Assembly (NCBI GenBank): GCA_964489545.1
Contig: CAZAZE010000001.1
Coordinates: 337,412-401,411, forward strand
Source: an uncultured Bacteroidales bacterium
GTDB taxonomy: Bacteria > Bacteroidota > Bacteroidia > Bacteroidales > JAGOPY01
Reading direction: 5' to 3'
Length of the DNA stretch: 64,000 bases
The notes beneath the pieces were generated by a model. It had not been told where the DNA came from. It saw only the letters and a program-made list of their open reading frames with translations, and did no database searches. Both the position numbers and the translations under genes were made by a program. Within the stretch, counting starts at the first letter, position 1. Each line of letters begins with the position of its first letter. This document shows positions 1 through 9,482 of this stretch, piece after piece.

Positions 1-1
1 G

Positions 2-388
2 CTGGCCAGCTACATCAGCCCGAAAGCCCACATCGGCCAGGGATGCCTGGTGGGCGAGAACTGCTTGGTGGGTGCCGGCTGCGCCCTGCAGCCCCTGGTG
101 AAAGTAGGAAATAACGTGGTCATACGGGAGAACGTGTTCATCGGAAGCGGGTCAGAGGTGAAAGACCATTGTTACATTTCCGGGGCTGCCGCAATCGCCG
201 GGAATGTGATTGTTGGCCCGGCCTCCTTCATCGGGATCAATGCAACGGTGAAAGACAAACTCACCATCGGGAGGGAGTGCATCATCGGGGCCGGAGTGAC
301 ATTGCTGCACGACGCCAATGACCGGGAAGTCTATATGGACAACTCCGCACGGAAACTTCCGTTCACCAGCGAAAGGATAAAGATTTGA
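2..388 (+). CDS. Hexapeptide-repeat (left-handed beta-helix) sugar O-acyltransferase, C-terminal part; 5' end lies outside the window
   Basis: The frame is open from the window edge. It shows a repeated [LIV]-G-x4 pattern (IGQGCLVGENCLVGAGC, IGSGSEV, IAGNVIVGPASFIGINATV) typical of NeuD/PglD-type acetyltransferases. Stop at 386-388. Confidence 0.75.
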   Translation: MASYISPKAHIGQGCLVGENCLVGAGCALQPLVKVGNNVVIRENVFIGSGSEVKDHCYISGAAAIAGNVIVGPASFIGINATVKDKLTIGRECIIGAGVTLLHDANDREVYMDNSARKLPFTSERIKI

Positions 389-494
389 CAATAAAGCAAT
401 TTCTAATCCTGCCTGTCAGCCCTATCTGCACCAGGGGTGGAGATCAGATAAGTACACCCCATTCCTTTCGCAATTAACGGTCCACCATGAAGCT

Positions 495-1124
495 TTATCT
501 GAAAATTTCCTTTTCCAGATACTTTCCAAGAAGAAAACCAGCGGTATAATAGGCTTTCTCATACTTGTCCTTAGTCAGGTCGCCTCCCCGGGCGCCATAG
601 TTTACCGGGCACCTGATCAGGGCAATTTCATTATCAGGCTTTGCTGTTTTTGTAATCTGAACATCCAAAATAACATAAACGTCGCTCCACCATTCCATCA
701 GGTGCCGTGTGTAGACAATCAACGTGTATTCGGCCCCTGGATCATTGGAACCAATGGCAATGCCTGATTTTATGAGCCCTTCATTCATCCCGGCATTGAA
801 TATGGGTTGAAAATTCGCCCGGGCATCATTCCAGGTGCTGAACCATTGGTCGCCCTTGCCCGGTTCTTCAACATTCCATTCACTGATGCGGGTGGCGATA
901 TAAACCGAATCAGGATGTTCTGCAACCCCCATCTTCTCTATATGAGGCATGATAATTACATTTAAGATCTTTTGGTTTTTCAGGGGAGAAAGGTCCCCGA
1001 AAACTTCATAATTACGCTTGGTGCCGGACCGGATATTCCGGTTGTCGGGCGTTTGCTGTGCGTAAACCTGACACGTGCCGATCATCAGAATAAGAACAGC
1101 ACTGAGGATAGGCAGACTTCTCAT
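495..1124 (-). CDS. Hypothetical secreted protein (N-terminal signal peptide)
   Basis: 209-aa ORF with a hydrophobic N-terminus (MRSLPILSAVLILMIGTCQVYAQQ). I recognise no family motif. Confidence 0.55.
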   Translation of the reverse strand: MRSLPILSAVLILMIGTCQVYAQQTPDNRNIRSGTKRNYEVFGDLSPLKNQKILNVIIMPHIEKMGVAEHPDSVYIATRISEWNVEEPGKGDQWFSTWNDARANFQPIFNAGMNEGLIKSGIAIGSNDPGAEYTLIVYTRHLMEWWSDVYVILDVQITKTAKPDNEIALIRCPVNYGARGGDLTKDKYEKAYYTAGFLLGKYLEKEIFR

Positions 1125-1297
1125 AAGAATGGATTTGACTAAAGATACGAAAAAGAATGATGAAAATTAAGCAACCGAACTGCTTGCCGGCAATATTCGG
1201 ATCAGGTGTAAGCCTGCCCGAACTTTGAACATATAAAATTACAACTTATTATCTCCTGGAAACTCTATTGTACAATTGTCCGATTTTTAGGGGGGCA

Positions 1298-3061
1298 TCA
1301 ATCTTTGATGCACCTCACTGAATAGCCAGTCTGCTGACGGATTGCACCCAAATTGACAGAAGGGCTGTTGTATGATAATTCAACTGCAAAAGCTGAATAA
1401 TTTGCAATTGATATTGTGGTCGACCAGAAATTACCACTATATCCTAAGGCTTCAAATTCATACCAATCATTGCGATAACCACCCGGCAATGCTGAAAAAC
1501 CATCGGAGTTGGATGCATAAGTATTAGGGCTATGCCATAAACCCGTTCCCTCTTCAAGTGTGCCGATTTGTTTCATCTTTCCTCCGGCGATATGTGTCCC
1601 ACCCAAATACGAAATTAGCGATTGCCACTCCTCATTATTGGGCACATGCCATCCGACTGGACAGATGTTACGTACATCTGTGCAAGCAAAATAATTATAG
1701 AGCCGGCCATAAGTTATGGCGTTGGCTTCATCATTTGCATAATTAACATATGCACCAGTGAAAAGTCCCCACCAGCCAGCCTGATCAGTGACATTTGGAA
1801 TTTGTTCTCCATTGTTGTAATGGGTCACATTAAGGTTTTTATTCAACCATATCTGGTTTCCGATTTGAATTGGTTGGTAAATATTACCATCAACATCTGC
1901 CACTATTTCGAGCGCAGTGGTAAAACTATGTTCATCCCCGTAGGCTGTGCCAACACTATTCGTTGCATATGCTTTTACATAATAAGTTTTGTTGACGGCC
2001 AGTCCGGAAAGGATCTGTGAAAATATGCCTAAACCAGTGCCCATTGCAAGCTTTTCACCAGATTGTTCCGGATTAATTGACGTACCCCAGAACACGCCAC
2101 GTTCAATTACATTCGCCCCGCCATCACCCGTCACTATACCACCCAGCCTGGCAGTGCTTTCTATAATATCTTCTGGCTTTGATGTGATTACAATGGGTTT
2201 TGTGATATTCTGTCCCTCAGCGTATATCATATTTATCACTTCAATATCACCTTGAGATAGTTTGTCTTTATATCCTACTGGATTACCATCTTTTTTTGTA
2301 TATGTTGGTTTGTGAATATTAATCGCAAAATAATTATAACTTGGATAGATCATTATTGAATTAGTGTCAAGTGGGATTGTCATATATTGAGTTGATATTT
2401 TGGAATATTGACTCCAATATTTAGGTTTTATATTCAGCCAGTTAACATTTAAATAATTATTTCTATCTGTCCTGCTATGTTCATGGATTAGCCCTAAAGC
2501 ATGGCATATTTCGTGGATTACGGTTGGGGTTTTTGCTTCATTGGATATTTTTATCGCCTGCAGTCCACCTTTCATTCCAAGGTATGAAGAACAACTTAAT
2601 ATTTCTCCTGTTGGAATAAAAAGTATATAGTTGGCCTGATTCTGATCAATACGTTCCATGAACAATACATTTGTTTTGTCTTGAATTTGCGCTATGGCCT
2701 CATCTATCCTGGAGGGATCAGGAAAATCGTCATCGAATTCGTAATATACGGTATTATTTGGCCATTTTTGAGAACCAAGCGGTAATCCTGCCCCTCTTGT
2801 AGTATCAGAATGAAATAATTGATAATCAGTTAAAATTATGTCTCCTTGAAAGATATATTCATCATTTATCTTCTCACATGTTAGGGAATCACCGTTAATA
2901 ATAAATGTAACAACCTCCCCATCCAAGCCCGGATACGCTTCTGGAACATGGTAAACGATATCGTGAGCCTGATTGGTATTTTCATCTTTGTTACAGCTTT
3001 GGATGGAAACGAAAAAACCAAAAAAAACTATTGACAAGGCTAAATTTATTGGCTTATTCAT
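1298..3061 (-). CDS. Secreted astacin-family (M12A) zinc metalloprotease fused to a C-terminal FISUMP (Fibrobacter succinogenes major paralogous) domain
   Basis: Extended astacin zinc motif HEICHALGLIHEHSRTDR (HExxHxxGxxHE). Signal/lipoprotein-like N-terminus (FVSIQSC). C-terminal ...GWHVPNNEEWQSLISYLGG...FSALPGGYR...SVRCIKD is typical of FISUMP domains. The gene is visibly AT-rich compared with its neighbours. Confidence 0.8.
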   Translation of the reverse strand: MNKPINLALSIVFFGFFVSIQSCNKDENTNQAHDIVYHVPEAYPGLDGEVVTFIINGDSLTCEKINDEYIFQGDIILTDYQLFHSDTTRGAGLPLGSQKWPNNTVYYEFDDDFPDPSRIDEAIAQIQDKTNVLFMERIDQNQANYILFIPTGEILSCSSYLGMKGGLQAIKISNEAKTPTVIHEICHALGLIHEHSRTDRNNYLNVNWLNIKPKYWSQYSKISTQYMTIPLDTNSIMIYPSYNYFAINIHKPTYTKKDGNPVGYKDKLSQGDIEVINMIYAEGQNITKPIVITSKPEDIIESTARLGGIVTGDGGANVIERGVFWGTSINPEQSGEKLAMGTGLGIFSQILSGLAVNKTYYVKAYATNSVGTAYGDEHSFTTALEIVADVDGNIYQPIQIGNQIWLNKNLNVTHYNNGEQIPNVTDQAGWWGLFTGAYVNYANDEANAITYGRLYNYFACTDVRNICPVGWHVPNNEEWQSLISYLGGTHIAGGKMKQIGTLEEGTGLWHSPNTYASNSDGFSALPGGYRNDWYEFEALGYSGNFWSTTISIANYSAFAVELSYNSPSVNLGAIRQQTGYSVRCIKD

Positions 3062-3156
3062 AAGACCCGGCTTTGGTTAATAGATTCAAAGATAAGAAAT
3101 AAGGTGTTGTAATTAAGTCCCTTATTTTGTGCCAGGAGGTAATATATTTGAAATGT

Positions 3157-3206
3157 ATTCGAACCATTGCCCCTCCCGCCTTTGGCGGGATGCGCTTAAC
3201 CAACTG
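3157..3206 (-). pseudogene. tRNA-like fragment B (D-loop to T-loop only; anticodon arm replaced by a tight hairpin)
   Basis: The minus strand reads CAGTTGGTTAAGCGCATCCCGCCAAAGGCGGGAGGGGCAATGGTTCGAAT. It has D-loop and T-loop consensus, but no acceptor stem and no 3' T-stem. It ends exactly after TTCGAAT. Confidence 0.4.
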
Positions 3207-3209
3207 TTC

Positions 3210-3241
3210 AAAAAAAACCTCTCCCTGAATGGGGAGAGGTT
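3210..3241 (-). terminator. Rho-independent terminator after tRNA-Val
   Basis: The minus strand reads ACCTCTCCCCATTCAGGGAGAGGT followed by T8. Confidence 0.75.
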
Positions 3242-3257
3242 TGGCTAGGGGCCTCTG

Positions 3258-3332
3258 TGGGTTGTACTGGATTCGAACCAGTGACCCCATGCCTGTCAAG
3301 CATGTGCTCTAAACCAACTGAGCTAACAACCC
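3258..3332 (-). tRNA. tRNA-Val (anticodon GAC)
   Basis: Minus strand GGGTTGTTAGCTCAGTTGGTTTAGAGCACATGCTTGACAGGCATGGGGTCACTGGTTCGAATCCAGTACAACCCA. Full cloverleaf, with anticodon loop TTGACAG. Confidence 0.93.
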
Positions 3333-3344
3333 GTATTTAAAGAA

Positions 3345-3408
3345 CTCATTCGAACCAGTGACCCTCCCGACAAGTCGGGATGCTCTAAACCAACTGAGCT
3401 AACAACCC
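3345..3408 (-). pseudogene. tRNA-Val-like fragment A (5' two-thirds of a tRNA, truncated after the T-loop)
   Basis: The first 28 nt are identical to the adjacent tRNA-Val (GGGTTGTTAGCTCAGTTGGTTTAGAGCA). The anticodon arm is TCCCGACTTGTCGGGA, a 6-nt loop or tetraloop. The sequence diverges right after GGTTCGAAT, with no 3' T-stem or acceptor strand. Confidence 0.5.
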
Positions 3409-3413
3409 GAGGT

Positions 3414-3450
3414 CAGGGACGATTGAACAGGGACGATGGACGATGGACCA
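3414..3450. repeat. Short tandem repeat (CAGGGACGAT x2; GGACGAT x3)
   Basis: Direct reading gives cagggacgat tgaa cagggacgat ggacgat ggacca. Confidence 0.8.
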
Positions 3451-3511
3451 TTGATCCTTGCTGGTCGTCATTTTGGTTTGCAAAAGTAATATTTTTTCTT
3501 TCCTATTTCCA

Positions 3512-3519
3512 TATCTTTG
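3512..3519 (+). promoter_or_regulatory. Bacteroidota -7 promoter box (TATCTTTG) upstream of the DPP-IV gene
   Basis: Matches the TAnnTTTG consensus, 19 nt upstream of the ATG at 3538. Confidence 0.45.
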
Positions 3520-3537
3520 GCGCAAAAATTATCATCG

Positions 3538-5718
3538 ATGAAAAAAGCCTTCTTTCTCATCCTTACCGCGATGCTCCTGCACCAGGCCCCGGCCTTCACG
3601 CAGGTCAATGAGATCACCCTGAACGATGTCTTCGCCAGCCGCAAGTTCTTCCCCAAAGGAGTCTATGGCCTGAACCCGATGAAGGACGGGCTCACCTACT
3701 GCGTCCTGGAAGGCGACTCGCTGAATGCATACAACTATGAGTCCGGCGCGTTTGTCAGAAACCTCGTCGACCGCAACCAGCTGGTCCCCGAAGGCGATAC
3801 CGCCGCCATCCCTCTGGGCGACTTCACTTTCAGCGCAGATGAGAAAAAGCTCCTCATTGCCACCGAAACGGAATACATTTACCGCTATTCCTCGGCTTCG
3901 GAATTTTATATCTGGGACATAGAAAAGAAAAAGCTCACCCGCCTTTCCACCGGCGGCAAACAGCGGCTGGCGGATTTCTCACCCGACGGCAGCAAGGTGG
4001 CTTTTGTGCGCGACAACAACCTCTTCCTGGCCGATTTCACCAATAATACCGAATACCAGATCACCCTTGACGGCAAGCAGAACGAGATCATTAACGGGAC
4101 CACCGACTGGGTCTATGAGGAAGAGTTCGCTATCACCAAAGGCTTCGAATGGTCGCCCGACGGAAAACGCATCGCCTATTACCGCTTCGACGAAAGCCAG
4201 GTGAAGGAATTCTCGATGATGGAATGGGGCGCGCTGTACCCGGAGGTGACCCGGTTCAAATACCCCAAGGCCGGGGAGGACAATTCACAAGTGAACGTAT
4301 TTATATACGACGTGGGCGCCCAGCAGAGCACCCCGGTCGACCTGGGCATGGAATCCGACCAGTACATCCCCCGCATCCGGTGGACCAAAAACCCGGATAA
4401 GCTGGCCGTCATCCGCCTGAACCGCTTGCAGAACCTCTTCGACATCCTGATCGCCGATGCCGCCACGGGCCGGACTTCCATGATTTACCGTGAAGACAAC
4501 CCCTACTACATTGAAGATAGCCACTTCGATCACGTGATCTTCATCGACGGAAACCGCTACCTCACCACCAGCGAACGATCCGGCTATTACCATATATACC
4601 TCAATTTCATTGACCTTTCATCGAAAGGCGTGCAGCTCACCAAAGGGGAATGGGACGTGACCGACATTCATGGCTATGATGCCGCCAACGGGTTGATCTG
4701 GTTCAGCGCCGCCACCTCCTCCCCCATCAACCGGGAGCTCTGGACGGTCGACCTGAAGGGCGAAATGAAACAGGTCAGCCGGGAAACCGGGACCCACAGG
4801 CCGCAGTTCAGCACAACCTACAAGTACTACATCAACAATTACAGCGACGCGGCCACCCCGCCGGTCCACACCGTAAACAAGCCCAACGGCAAGGTAATCC
4901 GCACACTTGAAGACAACCAGGCGCTGCGCGACCGGATGGCTGAATATGGCTTTTCGCAGAAGGAATTCTTCACCTTCACCACTTCTGAAGGGGTGCTGCT
5001 TTATGGTTGGAGGATCCTGCCGCCAGACTTCGACGCGGCGAAGAAATACCCGGTACTGATGACCGTCTACGGCGGCCCGGGCTCGCAAACGGTTCAAAAC
5101 AGCTACAGTGCAGGAGATTTTGCCTGGTACCAGATGCTGGCCCGCAAAGGGTACATCATCGCTTCGGTCGATAACCGCGGTACCGGTGCTCGAGGACAGG
5201 AGTTCAAGAAGATGACCTACCTGCAGCTCGGCAAGTATGAGACGATCGACCAGATCGAAGCGGCCAAGTATTTCGCCGCACAGCCTTACGTCGACCCGGC
5301 GCGCATCGGCATCTGGGGCTGGAGCTACGGCGGGTTCATGTCGACCCTCTGCATCACCAAAGGAGCGGATGTATTCAGCACCGCCATTGCCGTGGCCCCG
5401 GTGACCAACTGGCGGTATTACGACAACATTTACACCGAACGTTTCATGCGTACCCCGGCGGAAAATCCCGGCGGATACGACGACAACTCACCCATCAACC
5501 ATGTCGACAAGCTCAAGGGCAATTACCTGGTCATCCACGGCACCGCCGACGACAATGTGCACGTTCAGAACACTATGGATCTTATCTCGGCCCTCAACAA
5601 AGCCGGCAAGCAGTATGAGATGTTCCTCTACCCGAACAAGAACCACGGCATTTACGGCGGCAACACCCGGCTGCATCTTTATACGATGATGACGGAATAT
5701 TTGCTGGATAAACTGTAA
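3538..5718 (+). CDS. Dipeptidyl-peptidase IV (S9B family serine peptidase)
   Basis: N-terminal beta-propeller DPP-IV region and a C-terminal alpha/beta hydrolase with the GWSYGG nucleophile elbow. Signal peptide MKKAFFLILTAMLL. The start is moved to the internal ATG 3538, because the ORF-track start at 3517 overlaps the promoter box. Confidence 0.88.
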   Translation: MKKAFFLILTAMLLHQAPAFTQVNEITLNDVFASRKFFPKGVYGLNPMKDGLTYCVLEGDSLNAYNYESGAFVRNLVDRNQLVPEGDTAAIPLGDFTFSADEKKLLIATETEYIYRYSSASEFYIWDIEKKKLTRLSTGGKQRLADFSPDGSKVAFVRDNNLFLADFTNNTEYQITLDGKQNEIINGTTDWVYEEEFAITKGFEWSPDGKRIAYYRFDESQVKEFSMMEWGALYPEVTRFKYPKAGEDNSQVNVFIYDVGAQQSTPVDLGMESDQYIPRIRWTKNPDKLAVIRLNRLQNLFDILIADAATGRTSMIYREDNPYYIEDSHFDHVIFIDGNRYLTTSERSGYYHIYLNFIDLSSKGVQLTKGEWDVTDIHGYDAANGLIWFSAATSSPINRELWTVDLKGEMKQVSRETGTHRPQFSTTYKYYINNYSDAATPPVHTVNKPNGKVIRTLEDNQALRDRMAEYGFSQKEFFTFTTSEGVLLYGWRILPPDFDAAKKYPVLMTVYGGPGSQTVQNSYSAGDFAWYQMLARKGYIIASVDNRGTGARGQEFKKMTYLQLGKYETIDQIEAAKYFAAQPYVDPARIGIWGWSYGGFMSTLCITKGADVFSTAIAVAPVTNWRYYDNIYTERFMRTPAENPGGYDDNSPINHVDKLKGNYLVIHGTADDNVHVQNTMDLISALNKAGKQYEMFLYPNKNHGIYGGNTRLHLYTMMTEYLLDKL

Positions 5719-5797
5719 GCCACCCCAAAAACACCAATCATCCATTGAGAAATGAAGAAAAAATTGCACATTGTAGTTTGTAAATTGTAATTTTTTG

Positions 5798-5805
5798 TAC
5801 TTTTG
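5798..5805 (+). promoter_or_regulatory. Bacteroidota -7 promoter box (TACTTTTG) with an upstream TTTG (-33-like), driving rpsU
   Basis: TAnnTTTG match. A TTTG sits at 5777-5780, about 17 nt upstream. Confidence 0.5.
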
Positions 5806-5852
5806 CACTCCAATTTGAGTATTAACAATTTAAAGAAAGCGAGTAACAGCGT

Positions 5853-6047
5853 ATGATCATCGTACCGGTTAAAGAAGGCGAAAGCATCGACAGGGCCCTG
5901 AAGAAATACAAAAGGAAATTCGAGAAGACTGGCGTCATCAAGGAATTAAGGGAACGCCAGCAGTTCACCAAGCCCAGCATCATCAAGCGCAACCAGCGCC
6001 TGAAAGCCATCTACATACAGCAGCTCAGGGCCGAAAGCGACATGTAA
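5853..6047 (+). CDS. rpsU: 30S ribosomal protein S21
   Basis: 64-aa basic protein, MIIVPVKEGESIDRALKKYKRKFEKTGV..., a typical S21. Confidence 0.93.
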   Translation: MIIVPVKEGESIDRALKKYKRKFEKTGVIKELRERQQFTKPSIIKRNQRLKAIYIQQLRAESDM

Positions 6048-6144
6048 CCTTTCGTTTTCCGCAAATTTTTTCGTAAGAAGAAATTTCATTTCAGGTATTT
6101 TTTTATTATATTTGATATGAAGTTTCTTCTTATTTTTTTGGGGG

Positions 6145-7032
6145 ATGATGAAGGTTCGCTTTCTGGATTATATCACTTACGAAAAACGCTACGCTCCACA
6201 CACCATCACTGCTTACCGGTCAGATCTTGACCAGTTTTCCGCATTCGTTTCCGAACAATACGGCATAGATGATATAAATAAGGTAGACCACGCGATGATC
6301 CGCAGCTGGGTTGTCAGCCTGATGGAAGCCGGTGTGAAGCCCCGGACGGTCAACCGCAAGATCACAACACTCAAATCCTATTACAAATTCATGATCCGGG
6401 AAGGCCTGATGGCCGAAAACCCGGCCGCACGCGTCAGTTCCCCGAAGGTTTCCACGCGCCTGCCCGCGTTTGTCGAAGAGGCGTCTATGGAGGATCTGTT
6501 CCAGAATGTGGATTTCGGCCAGGGATATTCAGCGGCGCGCGACCGGCTGATCATGGAACTTTTTTATATGACCGGTATGCGCCTGTCGGAATTGATCCAT
6601 CTGCGGGAAGGCGACATCGACCTGGGCGCCGGGGTGATGAAAGTCACCGGCAAGCGCAATAAACAGCGCCTCATCCCGTTTAACGGAAAAATGTCGGCCA
6701 TGATCAGCGACTACCTTAATATCCGGCAGTCGGCCTTCCCGGGATCGGGACAGGGTTCCTGGTTGTTGCTGACCGGCAAGGGGGAAAAGTTATATCCCCG
6801 GATGGTGTACCGCCTGGTCCGCCACTACCTTTCTCAGGTTACGACGATCAGTCGCCGCAGCCCGCATGTGATCCGGCACACCTTCGCCACCCATATGCTC
6901 AACCATGGCGCCGACCTGAACGCCATCAAGGAGATCCTTGGCCATGCCAGTCTGGCGGCCACGCAGGTTTATACGCACAACACCATCGAGAAACTCAAGT
7001 CTATATATCAATCTGCCCACCCCAGGGCATAA
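6145..7032 (+). CDS. xerC: Tyrosine recombinase, XerC-like
   Basis: Phage-integrase fold with the R...HxxR...Y catalytic pattern (HVIRHTFATH, LGHASLAATQVYTH). Sits in the conserved rpsU-xer-hpf context of Bacteroidota. Confidence 0.8.
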   Translation: MMKVRFLDYITYEKRYAPHTITAYRSDLDQFSAFVSEQYGIDDINKVDHAMIRSWVVSLMEAGVKPRTVNRKITTLKSYYKFMIREGLMAENPAARVSSPKVSTRLPAFVEEASMEDLFQNVDFGQGYSAARDRLIMELFYMTGMRLSELIHLREGDIDLGAGVMKVTGKRNKQRLIPFNGKMSAMISDYLNIRQSAFPGSGQGSWLLLTGKGEKLYPRMVYRLVRHYLSQVTTISRRSPHVIRHTFATHMLNHGADLNAIKEILGHASLAATQVYTHNTIEKLKSIYQSAHPRA

Positions 7033-7038
7033 CTAAAC

Positions 7039-7356
7039 ATGGAGGATTTACATATGAGAGTCAACATCAATGCAGTTCATTTCAAAGCCGACAAGAAACT
7101 GGTGGCTTTTATCAACGAGAAGCTGGAGAAACTCACGCAGGTTTTCGACGGCGTGATCGACAGCGAGGTTTCTTTAAAGGTGGACAATACAGATGCCAGG
7201 GAGAACAAGATCGCGGAGATCAGGGTGGCCATACCGGGCAACAACCTATATGTAAAGAAGCAGAGCGCCACTTTTGAGGAGTCGGCCGACGAGGCGGTGG
7301 AGGCGTTGCGCAGGCAGCTGAAACGCTACAAAGACAAGGCACGTGGAAATTATTAA
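7039..7356 (+). CDS. hpf: Ribosome hibernation promoting factor / RaiA family (short HPF)
   Basis: About 100 aa with the sigma-54-modulation/S30EA pattern (VNINAVHFKADKKLVAFINEKLEKL...VKKQSATFEESADEAVEAL). The start may instead be ATG 7054. Confidence 0.82.
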   Translation: MEDLHMRVNINAVHFKADKKLVAFINEKLEKLTQVFDGVIDSEVSLKVDNTDARENKIAEIRVAIPGNNLYVKKQSATFEESADEAVEALRRQLKRYKDKARGNY

Positions 7357-7415
7357 TAAATTTATGGAATAAATGGGATATTTGTTTTGCTAATTCAACA
7401 ATAATTTATATTTTT

Positions 7416-7446
7416 GCAGACCTTTTTCGAAAGGTCTGCTTTTTTA
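7416..7446 (+). terminator. Rho-independent terminator after hpf
   Basis: GCAGACCTTT-ttcg-AAAGGTCTGC followed by T7. Confidence 0.75.
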
Positions 7447-7461
7447 TGTTCTTTACATATT

Positions 7462-7535
7462 GCCGATGTAGCTCAGCTGGCCAGAGCAGCTGATTTGTAA
7501 TCAGCCGGTCGGCGGTTCGAATCCGTCCATCGGCT
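7462..7535 (+). tRNA. tRNA-Thr (anticodon TGT)
   Basis: Cloverleaf with anticodon arm GCTGA-TTTGTAA-TCAGC and T-loop GGTTCGAATCC. Confidence 0.95.
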
Positions 7536-7568
7536 CTTGCATGGCAACCACGTAAGCTATTTCAATTC

Positions 7569-7650
7569 GGGGAGATTCCAGAGCGGTCAAATGGGGCAGA
7601 CTGTAAATCTGTTGGCGCGGCCTTCGGAGGTTCGAATCCTCCTCTCCCCA
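7569..7650 (+). tRNA. tRNA-Tyr (anticodon GTA), long variable arm
   Basis: GGGGAGA acceptor paired with TCTCCCC. Anticodon loop CTGTAAA. Variable arm GGCGCGGCCTTC. Confidence 0.95.
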
Positions 7651-7675
7651 CAAAAACGCACACGCACGCCCATCC

Positions 7676-7748
7676 GCGGAAGTAGCTCATTTGGTAGAGC
7701 GACAGCCTTCCAAGCTGTAGGTAGCGGGTTCGAGACCCGTCTTCCGCT
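7676..7748 (+). tRNA. tRNA-Gly (anticodon TCC)
   Basis: GCGGAAG acceptor paired with CTTCCGC. Anticodon arm ACAGC-CTTCCAA-GCTGT. Confidence 0.95.
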
Positions 7749-7753
7749 CATCA

Positions 7754-7825
7754 GCCTTTGTAGCTCAGGGGTAGAGCACTTCCTTGGTAAGGAAGGGGTC
7801 ATGAGTTCAATTCTCATCAAAGGCT
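7754..7825 (+). tRNA. tRNA-Thr (anticodon GGT)
   Basis: GCCTTTG acceptor paired with CAAAGGC. Anticodon arm CTTCC-TTGGTAA-GGAAG. Confidence 0.95.
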
Positions 7826-7881
7826 CAAAAGATTTTATAAGGTAAAAACAACAAACATTAATTTTTTAAACATTATTCGAT

Positions 7882-9069
<1,188 letters not shown>

Positions 9070-9128
9070 TGTTGTGGGTTATACGTCCCGGCCGCACCGG
9101 TTGCGGCCGGGGCCAAACCTGCCTGCAT

Positions 9129-9201
9129 ACGGGTGTAGCTCAATTGGCAGAGTAGTGGTCTCCAAAACCATTGGCTGTAGGTTCGAGTCCTACCACCCGT
9201 G
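9129..9201 (+). tRNA. tRNA-Trp (anticodon CCA)
   Basis: ACGGGTG acceptor paired with CACCCGT. Anticodon loop CTCCAAA. Lies between tuf and secE, as is usual. Confidence 0.93.
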
Positions 9202-9218
9202 CAAAACGCATAAGTTAA

Positions 9219-9416
9219 ATGGCAAAGTTCAGAATCCAAGAGTACTTCAGAGAAAGTTACGACGAACTTAAACACAAAACATCCTGGCCCACTTGGAGTG
9301 AGCTGCAAAGTAGCGCTATCGTGGTATCAGTCGCTTCCCTGATCATCGCCTTAGTGGTATTCGTTATGGATAAATCCTTAGGTACATTGTTGGAACAGTT
9401 TTACAAACTATTCTAA
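9219..9416 (+). CDS. secE: Preprotein translocase subunit SecE
   Basis: 65 aa with a single C-terminal TM helix (SAIVVSVASLIIALVVFVMD). Position is tRNA-Trp-secE-nusG. Confidence 0.88.
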   Translation: MAKFRIQEYFRESYDELKHKTSWPTWSELQSSAIVVSVASLIIALVVFVMDKSLGTLLEQFYKLF

Positions 9417-9482
9417 CGATGCGGGCGCTGCTGAATTTAAACTTAACCTGAATTATTAATTTTTTCATCCCAGGGGATCATT

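Noticed and set aside
3054-3299. An 81-aa ORF spanning the tRNA-Val region. ORFs 7537-7845 and 7587-7820 span the tRNA cluster, and 8877-9308 spans tRNA-Trp.
   Set aside because: They overlap well-formed tRNA genes and terminators and are translation artefacts of structured RNA sequence.
6145-7032. The two tyrosine recombinase genes (6145-7032 and 40618-41523), considered as integrases marking mobile elements.
   Set aside because: Both sit in conserved housekeeping contexts (rpsU-xer-hpf, and next to rpmG/ftsY). They have XerC/XerD-like length and motifs, and there are no flanking direct repeats or cargo genes.
9087-9111. A GC-rich 10-bp hairpin (CCCGGCCGCA-ccggt-TGCGGCCGGG) after tuf, considered as a terminator.
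   Set aside because: No U-tract follows it, and tRNA-Trp-secE-nusG lie immediately downstream. It may be a processing or attenuation structure, but I cannot support a terminator call.
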